From NCBI RefSeq assembly GCF_009914755.1, contig NC_060948.1: 64,000 nt of DNA. The stretch is one strand, 5' to 3'. The position numbers and the translations under genes were made by a program. Source of the DNA: the human T2T-CHM13v2.0 reference genome, Homo sapiens. This document shows positions 57,110 through 64,000 of the stretch, one piece after another (the first letter of the stretch is position 1; each line of letters opens with the position of its first letter). The notes beneath the pieces are model-generated. The model was not told the origin of the DNA and searched no databases. It saw only the letters and a list, made by a program, of their open reading frames with translations.

Positions 57110-58025
57110 TGTCCCTCAAGGGTCCCAAGGGGTGAGCAAAGTCAGTGTTTTCCAATCTTCAAACCAGAGCAGATACCATGGATTCCTCAAAGGCCCCAAG
57201 GGGTGAGCAAAGTCAATGTTTTCCAATCTTCAAACCAGAGCAGATACCATGGATTCCTCAAAGGCCCCAAGGGGTGAGCAAAGTCAGTGTTTTCCAATCT
57301 TCAAACCAGAGCAGATACCATGGATTCCTCAAAGGCCCCAAGGGGTGAGCAAAGTCAATGTTTTCTGCTCTTCAAACCAGGCCGGATTCCACGAGTCCCT
57401 CAAGGGTCCCAAAGGGTGAGCAAAGTCAACATTTCACAATCTTCATACCAGACCGGATACCACAAGTCCCTCAAGGATCTCAAAGGGTGAGCAAAGTCAA
57501 TGTTTTCCAATCTTCAAACCAGGCCGGATATCACGGGTCCCTCAACGGTCCCAAGGGGTGAGCAAAGTCAATGTTTTCCAATCTTCAAACCAGACCAGAT
57601 GCCATGGATCCCTCAAGGGTCCCAAGGGGTGAGCAAAGTCAATGTTTTCCAATCTTCAAACCAGACCAGATGCCATGGATCCCTCAAGGGTCCCAAGGGG
57701 TGAGCAAAGTCAATGTTTTCCAATCTTCAAACCAGACCAGATGCCATGGATCCCTCAAGGGTCCCAAGGGGTGAGCAAAGTCAATGTTTTCCAATCTTCA
57801 AACCAGGCCAATACCACGGGTCCCTCAGGGGTCCCAAGGGGTGAGCAAAGTCCATGTTTTCTGCTCTTCAAACCAGGCCAAATACCACGAGTCCCTCAAG
57901 GATCCCAAGGGGTGAGCAAAGTCCATGTTTCACAATCTTCAAACCAGACCAGATACCACGGGTCCCTCAAGGGTCCCAAGGACTGAGCATAGTCAATGTT
58001 TTCCAATCTTCAAGCCAGAAGATGC
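57110..58025 (+). repeat. 71-bp minisatellite, about 13 copies
   Basis: Unit aaggggtgagcaaagtcaatgttttccaatcttcaaaccagaccagatgccatggatccctcaagggtccc; ORF starts spaced 71 bp apart. Confidence 0.97.
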
Positions 58026-58529
58026 CACCATATTGATTGGCCAATTCTCTTGGACTCAGCAAAGCATCTTCCTTAATAACCTTTCCCTCTCTACATCTAA
58101 AACAAAGGAATCCATGGCCTTCAACCACAGACCCTCCTTCCCCAGAGTGACCTCTCTACACTGGAGTGTCTATCTTGGTGTCCAGCCTAGAGATAATGGT
58201 CCTGTGGGAATTTAGCTGAAATCTCATAGCAAGAAGAGTGAATGTGGAGACCTTGGTCCCTTCCTGATTCTTCCAAGAAAATGGCAGATGGGTGAGGCTT
58301 CCAAGAGGAAGAACTGACCTCATCCATCTACCCTTTTCTCCTTCAAGATGAACACGCTCAAGCAATGGTGGTCTGGAATGTCTTGGGATTGTTTTGTTGG
58401 AAGGAGCATTAGAGGTGGAAGCTCTCTCAAAACAAAGAGGAACATGACTCAGGAAAACAAAGCAAGTCCTTCAAAGTCAGACACTCAAGTGTCTTGGCTC
58501 TGAGCCTAGCATCTTTGCCTCCACCCTGA

Positions 58530-59756
<1,227 letters not shown>

Positions 59757-59759
59757 CTA

Positions 59760-59948
59760 CAGGATTCCAATAATAGAATATGGTAGAAGAGGTCAAACTG
59801 TGGAGATGGTGAAAAGATGTGTGGTTGCAAAGAGTGAGGATGCAGTGATGGATAGGAGGGGAGTGGAGGCTTTTCAGGGCAGTGAAAGTATTCTGTGGAA
59901 TCTTACAGTGGTGGATGTGTGGCATTATATCTTTGTTCAAACCCAGAG
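59760..59948 (+). mobile_element. L1MC/MD-like 3'UTR fragment
   Basis: caaactgtggagatggtgaaaagatgtgtggttgc...ttttcagggcagtgaaagtattctgt...cattatatctttgttcaaaccca. Confidence 0.7.
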
Positions 59949-59950
59949 AC

Positions 59951-60062
59951 CAGCTGTCTTCAGCCTTTTTGGCATCGGGAACCAGTTTTGTGGAAGATAA
60001 TTTTTCCATGGATTGGTGCTGGGATGGTTTTGGAAGGATTCAGGTACATTGCATTGATTGTC
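59951..60062 (+). mobile_element. MER1-like (hAT-Charlie) fragment
   Basis: cagcctttttggcatcgggaaccagttttgtggaagataatttttccatgga. Confidence 0.8.
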
Positions 60063-60065
60063 CAA

Positions 60066-60434
<369 letters not shown>

Positions 60435-60538
60435 TTTATTTTAATCCTTATTTTTACTTATTATTAAGTCCAATGTGTCTGGCACTATACCCTAGAAAGG
60501 ATCCTTTCCAAAATAGTGGAATTAATATCTCAGAACAT

Positions 60539-60566
60539 GTGCTTGCTTCAGCAGCACATAAGCTAT
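60539..60566 (+). pseudogene. RNU6: U6 snRNA 5' fragment, tailless retrocopy
   Basis: gtgcttgcttcagcagcacata matches U6 nt 1-22 (GTGCTCGCTTCGGCAGCACATA) with two CpG-type transitions; 17-bp TSD attaatatctcagaaca at 60521 and 60567. Confidence 0.85.
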
Positions 60567-60607
60567 ATTAATATCTCAGAACACATTGCCTAGTAAAATA
60601 GAAGTAA

Positions 60608-61503
<896 letters not shown>

Positions 61504-63219
61504 TCCATTTAAGGTACATTGCACTTGTCTCCAAAATGCAAATGGAGGTGAAGTCTGTATACTGACCTGGTTTCCCTATATTCATTGTAAACATTTTTGT
61601 TAAACATCTACATCCCTGCCAAGAATTTTAATTGTCCTAGAAATTACACATGGTAACTTAAGGTTATAAAAATCTTAGTAAAATTAAAACGTAGATCCCT
61701 CTTCAGGAAAAAGAAACAGAAATCTCACTCAACTCTCAGGCACGGATATTATTGAAAAAGCAAACCACATAGTTATATGTAATATTTTAAATAAGAACCA
61801 TCTGCCTATAATAAAGCTAAAATAAGACAGAGCTCAGATAAAACAGAATATTCCTTTATTAAAAAAAATGTTTGCAAGAAAAGTTTGCATGTCTAAACAC
61901 CTCCCAAAATACTTGCTTTATAATAGTTAATATCTTTTGTATTATACCACGTTGGAGAAAGTTGCAGGCATTAAAATTCAGCGCATTAATTTTCTCTCCC
62001 TGAAAGCCTTCTGGCCAATTATAGACAAGCTCACGGGGCCGACACGTGGGTAAATTCACTTAGTCTCCCTATGTAGGTATTTCTGCTTTCTGTAATACAC
62101 CATGTGGCATTGATACTATTGATCTCATGTTATTAGATATATTAAAACTCCAAAACTACTTTGGAAAATATAATCATTCTGCAAGTTTTCAGAAACTTAA
62201 GAACTTGAAAACCAACAGCAACCCACACCCTTGAACATTTGGCAAAATTGAATTCTCAGTTATGAATAAGATTGTCTCTCGTTTTCCCCAGAAAAGCTCA
62301 CAGAAACGTCTGCCCGTTTCTAGTAACAGCTGGTAAACCCGACCATAAAAGTCATTCCTAGAAGCAGCACTTAAAGGGACAGTATTGTCTTTGGGATAAA
62401 ATTTCTTCTGGAAAAAAAAAAAGTGCTCTAGGAAATGTTTGAAATATCTCCAAAGAGTTGATTGATCCATATGCTGGGAGTTAATAATTTCTGTGATGTA
62501 AAGTTATCGTGGCATATGAAGAAAAAGGAAAACGGAACCAGGAAAGCATTTTAAATTATTATAATTATATCTGTCCATCACAAATTAAGAGGAAATTGTA
62601 AACCCTCCCGAAATAGAGGGGGAGCTGCTAAAATCAATTCCTCATTTTCTTCTGTTTCTCTCACATTCAAACTTCAATGAACAAAGTCTCGGGGCTTTGA
62701 AAAGTCAAATTGAATACAATCCAATTAGGATGAATTTGGCCTTTCATTTGCGGTTCAGAGCTGTGTTTCTATGACCGGGTTTATGAACCCAGAGAGATCG
62801 TACAAATTAACCTTAATTACACGGTGTTTGGGGTAACCATATAAACAGCAACCTCTTCAATGGGCTTCATGTTTGCAAATGTGCCAATGGTAAGAGGTGG
62901 GCTCCACACGGGGGCAGAGGGTTGTGTCCAGAGTCTGATCTCTCCTTTGGCATCCTCAAGCAAAAGGTTTCTGGTCACAACTGCAGCTTTCTCAGGGGAG
63001 CCACCTGGTTTCTGAAGAGGGCTGGCCCAGTATGCTCTGGTGACCTTCGGGGGTTGGGGAGAGAGACTACCCTTCACATCTGTGTTATGTGCTTCTACAG
63101 CCTCCTGCCCTGGGGTCATTCTCCTCCCTGCCCTTCTCAAGATGCTCAAGAACCCATCCATGTGCCTTCTGCTCTAAGACCGTGATGAAGGGTTCTGTTT
63201 AATGCAGCAAACATATTGC

Positions 63220-64000
63220 CATCCGTTCATCCATTAATGCACTGATCAATCAATTCATTGATCCATCCATCCACTCATCTCTTTACCCACACATCCACTC
63301 ATCCATTTATTTATGTGTCCAGCCACCTATTCACCCATCCACCTACCCATCCATAGACTCATCCACCCATCCATCCACTTATCTATCTATCCATCCACCC
63401 ATCTGTCCATCCATCCATTCATCCACCCTTCCATCCATCTGTCCATCCATTAATCCATCCATCTATGTACCATTCCACTCATCCATCCATCCATTCATCC
63501 ATCCACCCTCCCATCTATCTGTCCATCCATTTATCTACCATTCCATCCATCCATTCATCCACCCACCCATCCATCCATTCCTCCACTCTCCCATCTATCT
63601 GTCCATCCATCCATCCACCCACCCATCCATTCATCTACTTACACATTTATCTATCCACCCATCCACTCATTCATCCATATTTCCACCCATCCATCTATCC
63701 ATTCATCCATCCACCCATTCATCCACACACACACCCATATATTCATTCACTCCCCCGTTTATTCATCCATTTATTCATCCATCCACTCACCCACCCATTC
63801 ACCCTCCCATCCATCCTTCAATCCCCTCATCCATCCATTCATTCAGCCAGACAGCCACCTACACATCTATCCATCCATCCATCCATTCATCAATCCATCT
63901 ATCCATCTATCCATCCATTCATCCATCCATTCATCCACCCTCCCATTCATTCATCCATCCATCTATCTAGCATTCCATCCATCCATCCATCCATCCATCC
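63220..64000 (+). repeat. (TCCA)n complex satellite
   Basis: Direct reading; runs to the window end. Confidence 0.97.

Overview
Primate (human-like) non-coding genomic DNA. I find no credible protein-coding gene, no intact RNA gene and no CRISPR array. The long ORFs in the track come from Alu sequence, simple repeats or minisatellites. The window holds roughly 55-60 Alu copies or fragments, old MaLR/ERVL LTRs (MLT1, MST, MLT2A), L1 and L2 remnants, MER20 and MER1, five minisatellites (26, ~29, 45, ~49 and 71 bp units), and large TAGA/TCCA and GA/CT satellites. A few repeat-free islands look like candidate enhancers. The overall texture suggests a high-recombination subtelomeric gene desert such as PAR1 of X/Y; this is an inference and was not verified. 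The most unusual signals are: (1) the same GTAAT->GTCAT change at about 19 Alu sites; (2) an 8-unit Alu+linker tandem array and a 3-unit one; (3) a 1.5-kb inverted copy of a neighbouring CT-satellite/MLT1 segment flanked by a perfect 17-bp direct repeat; (4) a perfect 29-bp-stem palindrome; (5) a tiny tailless U6 retrocopy with a 17-bp TSD; (6) many small local duplications. I see evidence for an unusual local copying/conversion regime rather than a new gene system. Repeat subfamily names and boundaries are by eye and approximate.
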